Shown: positions 15,551 to 28,564, counted from the first letter of the stretch. The stretch: DNA of 64,000 bases from Proteromonas lacertae (GCA_002245135.1 NGBS01000013.1:1-64000), one strand, 5' to 3'. Notes: generated by a model from the letters alone, not told the origin. Translations and numbers: made by a program.

Positions 15551-17520
15551 TTATTTGTTAATATTATTATCTATAAATAATAATACGTTATCAAAGTTAT
15601 CTATCTTTTTATTTAATAAATAAATAAGAGTGATAATAATTAACTGTCCGTCAAATGAAATATTATTATAATTATTATTAATAAATAAACAAAAATCATG
15701 TTTGTTTATTCTATCATACATTAATGAAGTTAATTCATCATATATACCTGTAATACAGTATTGATCAATTTCATTGATGATATTGACATTAAAACATTGT
15801 TTAATACTTTGACATGTCATATTAATTTCGCTTTCTGAAATAATCAATCTATTACTCTCACAATATCTTGATATATCATTTTCATTATTACCCTCATTAA
15901 CAGTACTATTATAATTTTGACTTTCTTTATCAATAATTTCATTTATATCTTCTGGATATTCTAAACGACCATTATAATTTGTAATATTAGTTTGACTATT
16001 AAAATAATCTTTGAAGCACTCGTTGGATATCATTTCACTTATACAAACATTAATATTACATCTTATTCTAGCATATAGAATGTGATCGCAAGGAACACCG
16101 CTTACTTCTTGATAGCCACATGAACAAATAAGAGTAGAATCGTTCCTTGATATATAAAATTCGTTATTCACCACATAGCTGTTTTCATCTTCTTTATATG
16201 CAGTATAGTAGTTTTCAGACAACAGCTGCAATTGATTATACAAATTTGAACTGCATTCTTTCCATAGAATTGATGAATAATATAAACATTCTTTTTCTTG
16301 TATTTGGTTGTTTATTTCATCAATTTCTTCTTTATATAAGTTTTGTAAAACTTCTAATAATCCATCAAATCTCACTCTTTTATTATATAATTCTTTTTTT
16401 ATTTTATAATTATTAAATTCTACATTTCCTGTTGAATGAATCCCATATATTCCATACTGCTTTATTCCTTCTTTAGTAAAATATACTTTATATTTATCAT
16501 CGGCTTCATCTACAATTTTTTGTTTTTCGCTTAAACTAGGAGCTTTAATATACTTGTATATTATTCTTTTTAACTCTGTTTCTTTCAAATACAGAAATAA
16601 ATGATAAGTATCAAACACGAAGTTTATACCTAAGCTTCTTAAGACACTGACAACAGCTTTTTCTTTGTCATGCACAACGTTTATTATGTTGCAATACTTC
16701 TATAAATGGCCATATATAAACAGATAATCTTCTTTATTTCTTGTAGTCATAATTGCATAAGCAACTAACAATATTAGTTTAGGTGATACAGCACAATAAA
16801 CCAAATAAAGCTGCTCTTTTCCAAGCAAACAGTTAAATGTTCCATCAGCTAAAAGCGTTGTGTACTTCTTTAAATGTTTTTCATCCATTATAACCAACAT
16901 TACTGATTTACTTTTATAGTATTTATAATTATTGATTATCATTTTAAAAAATTTGTATTTACCATCAATTATATCTTTTAGATTCTTTTTTTCTGTAATT
17001 ATTTGATTTTTATTTGTTGTTTGACTTCTTTCGATATTATATATTTCATTTCTATGATTTTGATTATATTAGGTACCTTTAAAGCGCTGTTATTTACTAA
17101 TATATTAACGTCATTTTTTATTTCACTTGTCATTGTTTCTATCATTTTTAAACTCTCATATTTTCTTACTTCATGATTATGACTTAACCTATAGCTACAT
17201 CCTGTTAGTTTATATTTAACTGTAAAACTACATCCAACTTCTTTGCAGTAGAACGCTAATTCGTTAACATTATAGTGAACTCTGACTTTGAAATTTCTTT
17301 GACGGCTGTATATATGCACTACAAAATAGAAAATCTCCATGTTTTTGAACCTGAGCTGAAATATATTATCATTAATTTCTTCAAACGATTCTATGGGAGG
17401 ATACTTTTTTGCTATCTCTTTAAGTCTTTTACTTCTGCCGTCCAGAATTGAATACTTCTTCTCAGCTGTTGAAAATGTAGGTAAATCTACCTCGCCATTA
17501 TCAATTATCAATTTATTCAT
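15551..17520 (-). pseudogene. MULE DDE transposase with N-terminal C2H2/WRKY-like finger and C-terminal SWIM finger; interrupted
   Basis: FYCKEVGC...HNH, LADGTFNC (D1), VVHDKEKAV (D2), STGNVEFNN (E), CSCGYQEVSGVPCDH (SWIM). Frameshift near 17.0 kb and in-frame TAG at 16700-16702. Confidence 0.82.
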
Positions 17521-17625
17521 AAAAACTACATTAGAAACATACCATTATAATAAAATAATTATTATATATACATATATATTCTATTAAAAATGACTAATGA
17601 TTTTTGTAACGGTTATTTATTATAT

Positions 17626-18883
17626 TATAAAAATTTTTAGCTACTAAATACAAGCGAAAATATTGTTCATTTCATTTTTCATTCTATCCCATTCATAAAT
17701 ATTTGTAGCATGTGTTATTTTAACTATAATAATAACAACATAAATAATAAATAAATTATTTAATATTCAACAAGAAAAATCTACTTTCTATAATTCTTAT
17801 TTGTAGTTCTTCCTTTTCGAATGATAGATTTCTGTGTAAAATTAATTTAGTTTTATTATCAACGAATATTATTTTTATGCTTGTCCCATTGCAGCATAGT
17901 GTATTAGGAAATAACATCTTGAGCGAACTACTTATAGTATTTGTAATATTCTTGACATATATGTTGAAACTTTACAATTAATTATATTATACCTTTATAT
18001 AGTCCGATTTCCTATTTAATAATACATTGAAATAAGTGACAACATAAGAAAAGAAAATAGTATTCTTTTATATTCTCCGATTTCAAACTGTTTGTCATAA
18101 TTTTCTGTATTTGATACTATTTTTGAATTGAATAATGTTAAACAGTAATAGAATTAATATGATATTCGGCAGCATCGAACTTATTTTGTTAATATACCTG
18201 TGATTATATCGATTTCAACTAATGTTACTCTTACTATCTAAATATTATTATTTTCTAAATATATTGAGTATAGTAACTACAGAATAAACTACAAAGAGTT
18301 ATAGAGCCAACCAGACGAAATTGTTTCAAATATTCAAGTATTAAATCATATTTTGCTAAATATAACATTGAATCCTGTGATGCACAAACATAACTATATA
18401 TGATAATACGAATTCGTCTCGATTTAGACATTTTAGGTCATTTTTATCATATTTCACTTCATAACTCCATATATTATCAGCCGTTAATTCACAATTTATA
18501 ACAGAACCTATTAGATAAGTATATAGTGCATATACAATGCGTAGGCTCAAAAAATAAAAATCAAGATAGTTTGTCAAATCAAAAGCTTGTGTTAAGAAAT
18601 TTATTTTGCTTTTTTCTCATCCATTATCAGCTTAATAACAAAATAAACTGGAGATCCTAAGTGCAGTGATAATGCATAACTGATTTATGCACATAAAAGC
18701 GAAATGCAAAAATAGAGATTAATTATGTTTTCAATTAGAAATAAGAAAGATTCAATTTTTTTAGAATAGATTAGTTATATGTTTTTGACCTAATTAAGTT
18801 TAATATCGAAGTTTAGAAACTATCGGACTAGCTAAAAAAAAGTAAGGCTCAAAATTTGAACCTAGGCTAAAAAAAAAGTCCCC
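17626..18883 (-). repeat. Right TIR (~1258 bp)
   Basis: Inverted copy of 14188-15446; A9 versus T10 near the tip. Confidence 0.95.
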
Positions 18884-18994
18884 AAAATAATTGAAAAGGG
18901 CAAATTGTACCCTTTTCTATTTTTAGATAGTATAAAGGACGCCCCTTTCAATTTTTGCCCGGGACATGCCCTTGTCCCGCCACTGCCCTGTCCC
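18884..18994 (-). mobile_element. Possible terminus of a second DNA transposon (GC-rich, hairpin-rich)
   Basis: GC-rich island reading GGGACAGGGCAGTGGCGGGACAAGGG on the minus strand. Internal inverted repeats GAAAAGGG/CCCTTTTC and GGGACA/TGTCCC. Confidence 0.45.
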
Positions 18995-18998
18995 TTTA

Positions 18999-19262
18999 TT
19001 ATTCAACCCAGCTTTGTATACTATTTTTTGCTTTTTCGCCTACAACTACTGATTCATTGAATTGTACAAATGATGGAATAGATCTCTTACCACATTCACT
19101 TTCAACTATGATGGAGTTTCTATTAATTGAATAAGCAACATATGAGTTTGAACTACCAATATCAATACCAAATGTGAATAATGGATTGCTACAATTATAT
19201 TCCACTCTAAATGGAATTACTGAGATTTCTGGCTCATTTAATTCTATTTTATCATATTAATG

Positions 19263-19300
<38 letters not shown>

Positions 19301-20116
19301 TTTTTAATTCAGATATTATTTCATTCAATTTCATACGATCTTTCTTTTCTTTGACAAGTATTTTACTTAAAAATGGGTTTAATATATCACAAAATTCATT
19401 TTTCAATGGAATATACTCCACAAACAATATATTCATCATAGTTTCAGATATGTTATTACCAATAAAACAATGTTTACCACATTCTACATAATAGAATATT
19501 AATCCAAAATTCCAAATATCGCTTGATATATCTTATTCTTTTCCTAATAATTCATCATAACAAACAAAACATAAATCTTCTAACTTCATATATCTGTTTC
19601 CTTCTCTTCCTTTATATAATAGATTATTACAATAATCACTGATTATAACTTCATTTTCATCAGTTAAAAAGATGTTTGATGGTTTTAAATCACTATGGAT
19701 AGTCCCATTTTCATATAAATGCTTTAATATATTCAATATTCCATTTAATATATCAAATGTGCCAATCTCCTTAAAGTATTTCAAAGGTTCAATAACATCT
19801 AAGTGTGTTTTATATTCTCTCATTATTCGATATAACACATTACTATAGCTTTCAATTTTTTCATAATTCATTAAACCATTAATATTCAGATTATTCATTA
19901 TGCTCATTGTAGCAACTATTTTCTTAACTATTTTCGAATCTAACTCAGCAATATTCAACACTTTCAAAATTTTCTTTAAATTGCTATGTGTATCCCTAAT
20001 TTCGCATATTTCCTTTTGATTTCGATATTTTAACAACTACAAAATAAGAATTAGTCAAATTTAATAAAATATACATTATATTTGTTTTTATTTAGCCAAG
20101 AAGATATTAAATCCAT
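18999..20116 (-). pseudogene. Degenerate Ser/Thr kinase domain fused to the start of an Hsp70 ATPase domain; truncated
   Basis: HSDLKPSNIFL, ISDYC, in-frame TAA at 19533 then DIWNFGLI. Splicing intron 19244-19300 joins in frame to FGIDIGSSNSYVA...RSIPSFVQF...VVGEKAKN. Confidence 0.65.
19267..19299. repeat. (AT)n microsatellite inside an intron
   Basis: About 16 AT units expand the intron to 57 nt. Confidence 0.9.
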
Positions 20117-20245
20117 AATAATTTGATTACTCCCACCAACACGGTAAAAATAATGAGAAATTAAATATTTTCTAATCAAACTCTTTACACTAGGCTTGAA
20201 TAATAGAATTCTTATTTTTCTTATTCACGCAAAAAATACACATTA

Positions 20246-22706
20246 TTAAACTACGATATATCTATAGAACAAAAAAACAACTATGATCATTGAAGGAATA
20301 GCAAAATAATGAATAGAATTCCCTTCTTCTCTTTTAACATAACATCGTTTATACATTGAAAACGTAGTAGTGTCACTATTTCTATATCTTTTACCAATGT
20401 TGAATATTACATCTATTTTCACAATTCCTGTTTTTTTACAGATAAAATTCAACTCTAAATCATTTCCATACATAGAAAGTGTAGTTATTGTATATATTGA
20501 TCCACTTACTTCAACTTCACAGATATATTTGTTGCTTGATATTACACGTGGTTTTTCTTTTACATCTATACTAGATTCTATATCTGCTTAAACAAGATTA
20601 AATATAAACCAATATAAAAAAGAAATTATGAAAAAAAGATATAGCGAAATAAAAAATGCTATAATCATTTTTTGGATCAATTATATTCCTAGGATCATAT
20701 GATTTATAACTTTTCTGAACATTACCATTGTATATTACATCAACTATCAATGACTTTGTACTGCATCCTTGATTTTCAGAGTAGTATTTATCTTAAAAAA
20801 ATTAGTCAAAAAAACTGTATGAAAGGAAATGTAAAAAATGATATTTCATAAGTTGTTCTTACTGAATATGTTATTACATTATTATCACAAACTTTTATAA
20901 AACTAAATGTAAGTGGAGTATTTTCTATCAATATCTCCATAATAATATGATATTCACCTAAACGTTTACAGTAATACTTTAATTCCATAATTATTGGACC
21001 ATTTTCTTTATTTAATGTAATTTGATCACCTTTATTGTATCCAATCACTCTTACTATACATTCTAAGTCATAAAGATAAAAAGTATTAATCAATTTTGGA
21101 TAACTTATTACCAAATCTTCATTACCTTCGTTTTCTATATAAAAATGTGATATCTTTTCACCCCAATTCACTCTAGTTGAATAATATCCAAACACATAAC
21201 CTGGAGAAACAATTCCATTCTTAACTGCATAACTATCTGGTTCTGTTGATATATACATACCTGCAGTAATGGAAATAAGATATTTTCTACAATCTTTTTT
21301 ATAGCTAAATGATAAATTTGTTTTATTTTCAGCATTTATTACATCAAATGAAACTTTTACTCGTTTTATTCCATTTTCATTACATTTGTGATATATTGTG
21401 AAATTATGAAATTCTTTTCCTACACTTATTACTGCGGTTGTTACTCCTTCTATAATACTTATATCAATATCATCTCCTTTAACAATTAGATTTGCTATAT
21501 TTGTAAAACCGAAACGACTCTATTTATAATAATAATAACAATAATAATATTACGCAATACTTTAAATTCTAAGACTAAACTTAATTCATTACTTGATAAT
21601 ATTACATTATCTTCATCATTTCCAATAAATGGAGATTGAACTATACCATCATTCATTGCAACATAGATATAATTAGAAATATAATTATTCTTTTCCAATA
21701 ATACATCAAATCCAGGATTTGGACCAATTTGGTAATTTTTTATAAATGAAAAATAGAAATATTTTTTGGGATTGTAAATTGGTATTCCATTTGTAAATCT
21801 ATCTTCTCTTTCTTTATAACAACAATGAAAATATACTTTATGTCTATTTGCTTCGCCAGAAAATAATAATTCTATTACTTGAATTACATTATTCAAATAA
21901 GCTTCTTTTATTAATATGCTTTTGTTATTATTTTCCATTAAATCACATGTAACTCTTTTAGGCGGTTTAATTTTTAGAATAATATAAGTTATTGAACTAC
22001 TATTGTCAACAAACATATCATCATTATTGTATGGATTAAAACTTCTACCAATAAAGCCTTGATTTAAAATGTTATTCTTGTCAGTCATTTGATTCTATAA
22101 CAATAGTAATATATATAGAACATTATTAATACTATGTAAATATATTGATTTTTCATTGTATAATCACATTCTTTTGTAAAGTGAAGAGTAAAATTTATAT
22201 TATTATTATTATCTTCAAATTCAATAGATAGTGATATATTTATTTCACTATTTCCTTTCCTAAAGCATCCAAAACTAATAGAAAAATTACCTTTATATTG
22301 ATAATTTTCTAAAAAGGTAATTGGCTTATTCACAAATGGTTCAATAGTAGAATTTTTATTGTTTATTCCTAATTTTACATTAACAGTAAATCAATAGTTA
22401 AGTAATTTATGTTAATTAAACAACAACAATCATAAAAATGATATAATGGTCTGGTTTCAATTGACATTTCATAATAACAGTCAAGATAATCAAATTTATA
22501 ACTTACCAAACATGAAGTACTATTCAAAAAAAATAAATGATATACTCGATGAAATAACCATCTTCAACTATATTATACATTTCACCATAACCACTTGTTT
22601 TTGCGGTACAATACATATCCATTGATGGCAATGATTTTGTTAACACTTTACAACCATTTTCAGTTAATAATATTATCACAATCACTCTAAATATTGATTT
22701 TATCAT
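20246..22706 (-). CDS. Putative type-I membrane/surface protein with repeated Cys-containing beta-rich modules, copy 1 (multi-exon)
   Basis: Signal-like MIKSIFRVIVIILLT, repeated V(V/K)(N/D)G(I/V)V...C...F.K.C modules and a C-terminal hydrophobic segment FAIPSMIIVVFLFY. Confidence 0.65.
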
Positions 22707-23186
22707 TTTTGAAATTGTTGAAATAATGTTTAAACATTTTCATTTTTTCATATTTTGAGAGTTTCAATGGGAAATATGTGATTTGTATGTATGATTATTG
22801 TAATGTTTCACTTAATTTACACTTTCAACTAGGTAATGAAATAATTGATGATTGAAGTCATCAATATAATTCATTCACCACTTAATTAATTCTATTTATT
22901 CAATAACAGAGTAAAATTCTACAATTTCTTCCTTACTACTAACATCAACCAAACGGTGTTCATGACCAAATATATTCCCATTTCCACCTGTATTCTACTA
23001 TGTAATATATAAAATCATTGATATGAATAGTAACAACAAACAATAATACTCTAGTTAGGTCAAAAACATAAATTTTAATATTTTGGGGAATTAATACAAC
23101 GAAAAAAGTTTAAAAAAATATTATAGTTTTTCATTTATATCCTTTCAGTTTCTTATTCATTCTCTTCAAATCATTAATATTATCTA
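22659..23186 (-). repeat. Inverted duplicate of 32087-32614 (upstream region plus start of the surface-protein gene)
   Basis: By-eye alignment shows roughly 90% identity over ~530 bp. Confidence 0.85.
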
Positions 23187-23272
23187 TATTTTCAATATTA
23201 ACAGTAAACAATTAAATCAATAATTTTAGGTTTTATTTCTTAGAATTTTATATTAGAACAACAACTAAGCAA

Positions 23273-24532
23273 TCATACACTTTCTGGAGGTTCAATATCA
23301 TTACATCTACAAACAAAATTTCCACTCTTTGAATCTATTATCACCTTCGATCCATTTGGATATGTCTTTTCTTCACATCCCCTCACTAAATCTTCAGCTA
23401 ATAATGCAGCACCAATAGCTACAACTTCTTCTCCGTTTATATTATCATAAATATTCCTTCTTGAGAAATAATTATTTATAATTTCTTTTACTTTTGGTAT
23501 TTTACTACTTCCTCCTACTAGTAATACATCATCAATATCATCTTTACATAATTTACACTCTTTCAATGTTTTTTCCACTAATTCGATAGTTTTAACAAAC
23601 ACTTTTTCATTTACTCGATTGAAGATTTCTCGAGTCAATATATTACTAATTCCATTATCTTTCAGCATTTCATAATTCACTTCAGCTTCATTCTTCTTAC
23701 TTAACATAATTTTAGCTTCTTCACATAAAATCTTTAATTTACTTAATTCTTTATTATCTTTCATTATATATTTACCGCATACTACATATAATCTTTGACA
23801 ATAATAATTTACTAAATTATTATCTATTTTATCACCTCCTAAGTGATCATCTCCTCCATTTCCTTTTATTGATATTTCATTGTCTTTAACTTCCAATATT
23901 GTAACATTAAATGAACCTCCTCCAAAATCATACACTAATACTCTCCTATTTGATTTTTCTTTATCATTTTTGTAACCAAAGGCGAGAGCTGCTGCAATTG
24001 GTTCATCTATTATTCTTAATACATTTAATTTGCATAATTCACACATTTTACGCATTTCACTTCTTTGATCGTCATTAAAATAAGCTGGAACTGTTATAAC
24101 AACATTTTTACTTTCATCAACACCTATATCGGTTTCTTTTACGGTATATTTAACTAATTCGTCTATTATATATCTCGATATTTCGTACGGAGCGAAATCT
24201 TTTTCTTCTTCACCCATTTTTATTCTGATTTTTGGATTATTATCATCATTTACTACTTTATAATGCCAATGTTTTATATCTTCTTGAATACTTTTCTCAT
24301 CATATTTACGTCCAATTAATCGTTTTAAATCATAAATTGTGTTTATTAAATTATTAAATCGATCATTTTTTGCTGATTCGCCAACGATTACTTCAGATCC
24401 ACAAAACTCTACAAATGAAGGTGTAGATGCATTACCAACTCCATTTTTCACTACAGTTACTTTATTGTCTACACAATAAGCTATAGAAGAATATTTAGTG
24501 CCTAAATCCAAGCCTAATGTGAATAAAGGCAT
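23273..24532 (-). CDS. Divergent Hsp70-family protein, nucleotide-binding domain only, intronless
   Basis: GLDLGTKYS, TPSFVEF, VITVPAYFNDDQR, IIDEPIAAALAFG, DFGGGSFNVTI, LVGGSSKIPKV, VAIGAAL. Ends ~40 aa later with no substrate-binding domain. Confidence 0.88.
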   Translation of the reverse strand: MPLFTLGLDLGTKYSSIAYCVDNKVTVVKNGVGNASTPSFVEFCGSEVIVGESAKNDRFNNLINTIYDLKRLIGRKYDEKSIQEDIKHWHYKVVNDDNNPKIRIKMGEEEKDFAPYEISRYIIDELVKYTVKETDIGVDESKNVVITVPAYFNDDQRSEMRKMCELCKLNVLRIIDEPIAAALAFGYKNDKEKSNRRVLVYDFGGGSFNVTILEVKDNEISIKGNGGDDHLGGDKIDNNLVNYYCQRLYVVCGKYIMKDNKELSKLKILCEEAKIMLSKKNEAEVNYEMLKDNGISNILTREIFNRVNEKVFVKTIELVEKTLKECKLCKDDIDDVLLVGGSSKIPKVKEIINNYFSRRNIYDNINGEEVVAIGAALLAEDLVRGCEEKTYPNGSKVIIDSKSGNFVCRCNDIEPPESV

Positions 24533-25166
24533 TTTAAAAATTTTGGGGAATTTTTGGATGATTAATTTTCATTTTTTGATGAAAAGAAAAATGGTATTTA
24601 CAGCTAATTATGTATGATAAATAATGACTTATTTTACCTCCAACTTCAGTAAAATACCAACATAAATCAACTTTCTTATCTATTATCTTTACTAATGATT
24701 GAACAAAATTACTAAACATTCTTATTAATCCACATACATGTATTCTTTCTTATTCACGACTTTTAGAAATTCAAAATTCACTCTTGTAAAGGTAATACAC
24801 CATGATTTACGTTTATTTTACATTGATCTACTTTTTTTAATGACATTTTATTTAATACTAACTAAAACATTATCAATAATCTTCTATAACAACATTAACA
24901 CATTAACCCACACAATCAAGTTAATCACATAATAATATACTCATATTATCGGTACTAAAATGAAATATAATAACAATATTGTAGTTACAGTCATATATTA
25001 ACAATTAAATCACATTTTAATTTTTGGGTTATTCAAAATTTTGATAAAAATCTAATTTCGTTATTTTTGTTTTATATTTACATAAAGAAGATAATAAAAG
25101 TGAATAAAAGCATAAGAGAAGAGGGGTATATTTTATATTTATTTTTATGATAGATTATGTCGAAAA

Positions 25167-26683
25167 TTGGTTGAAAGTGGTTTTGGTGATATAGAAGTGA
25201 AGATTAGAGATAATCGAATAATGTCAATCAAGTCAATTTTAGTGAATGGAAATGATACTGTAAAGAAACTGTTGTTAGATGGTGAGTTTGTAGGAGTTTT
25301 GGAGTTATATGAAGAAATCGAAGAAATTGGTTATTATGAGATGGAGAAATACTACAGTGGTGGTGAACTGATAATCAGTAAAGATAGTGTGTGTGAAGTG
25401 TTGATGTTTTGTTTATGTTATAGTGAAAAAGAGATAATAAATGATTGTTATGAATTTATGAAGAATAATATAGATGATGAAGTATTAATGAAATTAATTC
25501 ATCTATGTAATGTATTTGGTGGATGTTTGAGAGAGATAGAAGACTTGAAAAATATGGAAATAGAAAGTACAAATACTAAAAATATATTTAAATAGAATAT
25601 ATCTCAAATATCGAAAAGAGAAATCTATTGGAAAGATTATGTATGGAATATAATGAGAATAAAAGAAATCGAACAATGAAGTGTTTATGTTTGTTTGTTG
25701 ATGATAGAAAGAATATTTCAATAATAGAAGAAGTATGTGGAAAAGAGATTCTTTTTAGAATATTGAATGAAGATAATTATTTAAATTCCAAATCCAAAGA
25801 AATATTAATAGAATATATAAAAGAGAATAAATTGAATTTAGAAGAAGAAGAAGAAATGATTGTAATAATGAAAGATAAAGAATTATTGGAAGAATTAAAA
25901 ACAAAAGAAATCACATCATTTTCATATCCTCAATCAGAATATTCATTTGGATTAAATGAAGAAATGTCAATAATTCCTTTATTTGATGGAAATCGATGTG
26001 AATTTTCAATCAATCCTTTATTGCCAGATGGAATGATGATAGAAAAAGATAATGGAATAATTCATGGAAAAGTGAATAAAGAAATCGAAAAGAGAGAATA
26101 TGAAATAAGTTGCAAGAATATTCTAAATGAAAAGAAATTGAAAATATCATTAGAATTTGTTGATATAACATTCACAGAATTAAACAAAAGTAAAAAACTA
26201 TCAATATTAAATAATGGGAAATTAATAATAAATGTATTCTATGGTTATCATCATTGTTATTTGAATTTGAAAATGGAAAATGGAGTTTATCATATCAAAT
26301 ATAAATATCATCAAAATGGAAATAAATATAATGATGATTTAATGTTAGGATTATCAACAAATAATACATATTCTGGTGATTATATTTATGATAAATCAAC
26401 AACATGTAATTATCGTGCTTATAGTGGTGAAAGTCAAGATATTAATGATTATTGTCATATTGGAAGAGTTGTTAATGAAAATCCAAATTTCAAAAATCAT
26501 GGAGATGGTTCAATTTATGAAGTGATTGTTGATATGAATAAAAAAGAGTTTTGGATTAGTCATAATGATTCATCTCCTGTTTTACTTGTTAAAGATTTAC
26601 CTTCTCCATTATATCCATATGTTGTATTATATGGTCAAAACACTTCACTTGAATTATTATCAGTTTCTCATCAAACAGGTTAG
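25167..26683 (+). CDS. BTB/POZ-like + putative Ig + SPRY/B30.2-like protein (frame break near 25.6 kb; true start probably ~25100)
   Basis: N-terminal GFGDIEVKI...KYYSGGELIISKDSVCEVLMFC (BTB-like), FSINPLLPDGMMIEKDNGIIHG (putative Ig), C-terminal GSIYEVIVDMNKKEFWISHN...LPSPLYPYVVL (SPRY-like). Confidence 0.6.
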
Positions 26684-27295
26684 AAAATATGAAAATTTAA
26701 ACATTTACATTCTTCATATTGTGTTGCTGTTTATATTTACTCAAAAACAAAGAAAATATAAAAATAGTTTGAATTACTCTTTTTAAGGCTTGATTCTCAT
26801 TTTTATAAAAATCCAAATAAAAAGTGATGTAGTGATATTTTTATGTAATTGACTTCATAATAGTTATAAATGGAAGTGTTGATAAGAATATAGTGAAATG
26901 AAAAAGAAATTCCAACAGATTATATTTTTTGTGTATTAGGGGTGTTTGATGTGATTTATCATGCATTTATTAATCAATATTCTATGTACTTAATAGAAGT
27001 AGTGATCTTTAACAAAATAGTTATACTAAATCATTTTAAAAAATTGAAACTATCACTTATATATTTATTTGAATATAATTGAATTTTCACACAGCTCATA
27101 GTTTCATAGTATCAATGCTAATGAAGCTATTTGCGGGGCATCTGCAAGATTTGAACATATTTAAATGTATAAAAGAAAGAAAGAATAAAAGTAATATGAT
27201 TTATTATTCAAATATAAAAACATTTAGAATCATAATAAATGCGTTAATAACTTTAAATATCGTTGTTACTAACATATAGCTATTTTACAGGATTT

Positions 27296-28564
27296 TCATT
27301 CTTTGCTTTGCTGATATTCTACAGCCTTATACATTTTACAATAACTACAAAGTTGTTCTATTTTATAAGTATCTTTCTTTTCATTGTGACTTAAATAATA
27401 GAATAGAGGTTTACTGTGATGTAATCTATCACATTTGAATAACATATCATAATTATCAAAATTCTCTTCCTTTGAAATATCATACTTCAATTCCTCTTTA
27501 GGAATTCTACACTTTATTGCACATTTTAAACAAAAATAATGATCTTGATAATAAAACAGAAATAATTTGCATATATTATCTTTACACCTATAACAATGTT
27601 TCTTATTCTTTTCATCATTTACAAAGTATTGATAATACCTTATTAAATCTACAGTTATTTCTATTCTTGATTTAAAATCTTTAATTTTTAATCCACTTTT
27701 GTATTTGAAGGGAACAAATCTCCATGACTTATTACAATGCCTCTTTGGTTTGGATAATTCATCATCATCATCATCATTTTCTTCTACTAGTTTTCTTTTA
27801 TTATTCCTTTTACCTACTGATTGACTTGATTCTTTACATCCACCATAACCTTCACATGATATATTAAATTGTATAGCTGGCGGTAAAGGTTTAGATGATT
27901 TATTTATACTAACACTTGTGAAGTTAAATAAACCATCTGCTTTAGCGTGATGTGGATGTAAACTACAATCTTCAGGATTGATTGAAAGATGATCTCCAGC
28001 ATCTGCTTTTGTCAAACTACTTTTAGCTTGACTTGCTCTTTCTTTTGAATTTTTCTTTGAAGTTGCAATTGCATATTCAGCTGGATATCTACGACGATGA
28101 TGTTTAGTTGGTTGATCTATTGGTTCTACACAGGATTCTGGATGTAATTGGTAATAAAGATCATCTCTTTTGTTTAAATCATTTAACTCTTTAAATGGAT
28201 CACTATTACTCTCTTGATTTGGAAGATTTACTAATTGATGAAGATGACTCCCTTGCATGTATGTTTGTGATTCTATTACACCTAATATATAGTCTTCTAT
28301 TTGAGGATTTATGTAAACTTTCGTCTCAGTACTATTTAAAAAGGGATTATCTACTAAACTTCCACAATCTGAGACTTCAAATGGATTGTCCATTTGAATA
28401 CTCACTGGATTATCAGTTTCATAATCTTTGTATGGAGGAGTATTGTTCCAATCACAACTATCGTATTGAGTAGCACTTTGACTATCATACTGTTCTGAAT
28501 CAAAAATATTGGATTGGATTCCTAACAATCCATCATGAACGTCATGTTCAAGTGTATCAGACAT
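27296..28564 (-). CDS. Hypothetical protein with C-terminal Cys/His-rich putative zinc-binding domain, paralog A
   Basis: 422-aa intronless ORF with CYRC...CLKC...CDRLHHSKPL...CSYC and basic NLS-like patches. Confidence 0.7.
   Translation of the reverse strand: MSDTLEHDVHDGLLGIQSNIFDSEQYDSQSATQYDSCDWNNTPPYKDYETDNPVSIQMDNPFEVSDCGSLVDNPFLNSTETKVYINPQIEDYILGVIESQTYMQGSHLHQLVNLPNQESNSDPFKELNDLNKRDDLYYQLHPESCVEPIDQPTKHHRRRYPAEYAIATSKKNSKERASQAKSSLTKADAGDHLSINPEDCSLHPHHAKADGLFNFTSVSINKSSKPLPPAIQFNISCEGYGGCKESSQSVGKRNNKRKLVEENDDDDDELSKPKRHCNKSWRFVPFKYKSGLKIKDFKSRIEITVDLIRYYQYFVNDEKNKKHCYRCKDNICKLFLFYYQDHYFCLKCAIKCRIPKEELKYDISKEENFDNYDMLFKCDRLHHSKPLFYYLSHNEKKDTYKIEQLCSYCKMYKAVEYQQSKE

Larger units (their letters stand above)
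14188..18883 (-). mobile_element. Mutator-like (MULE) DNA transposon with very long terminal inverted repeats
   Basis: GGGGAC...GTCCCC termini and near-perfect ~1.26 kb inverted repeats enclose a MULE transposase with a SWIM finger. No TSD is visible. Confidence 0.88.

Noticed and set aside
23055..23070. 16-mer TTAGGTCAAAAACATA shared with the MULE TIR (14279-14294)
   Set aside because: Isolated match of a length expected by chance in AT-rich 64 kb, with no flanking similarity.
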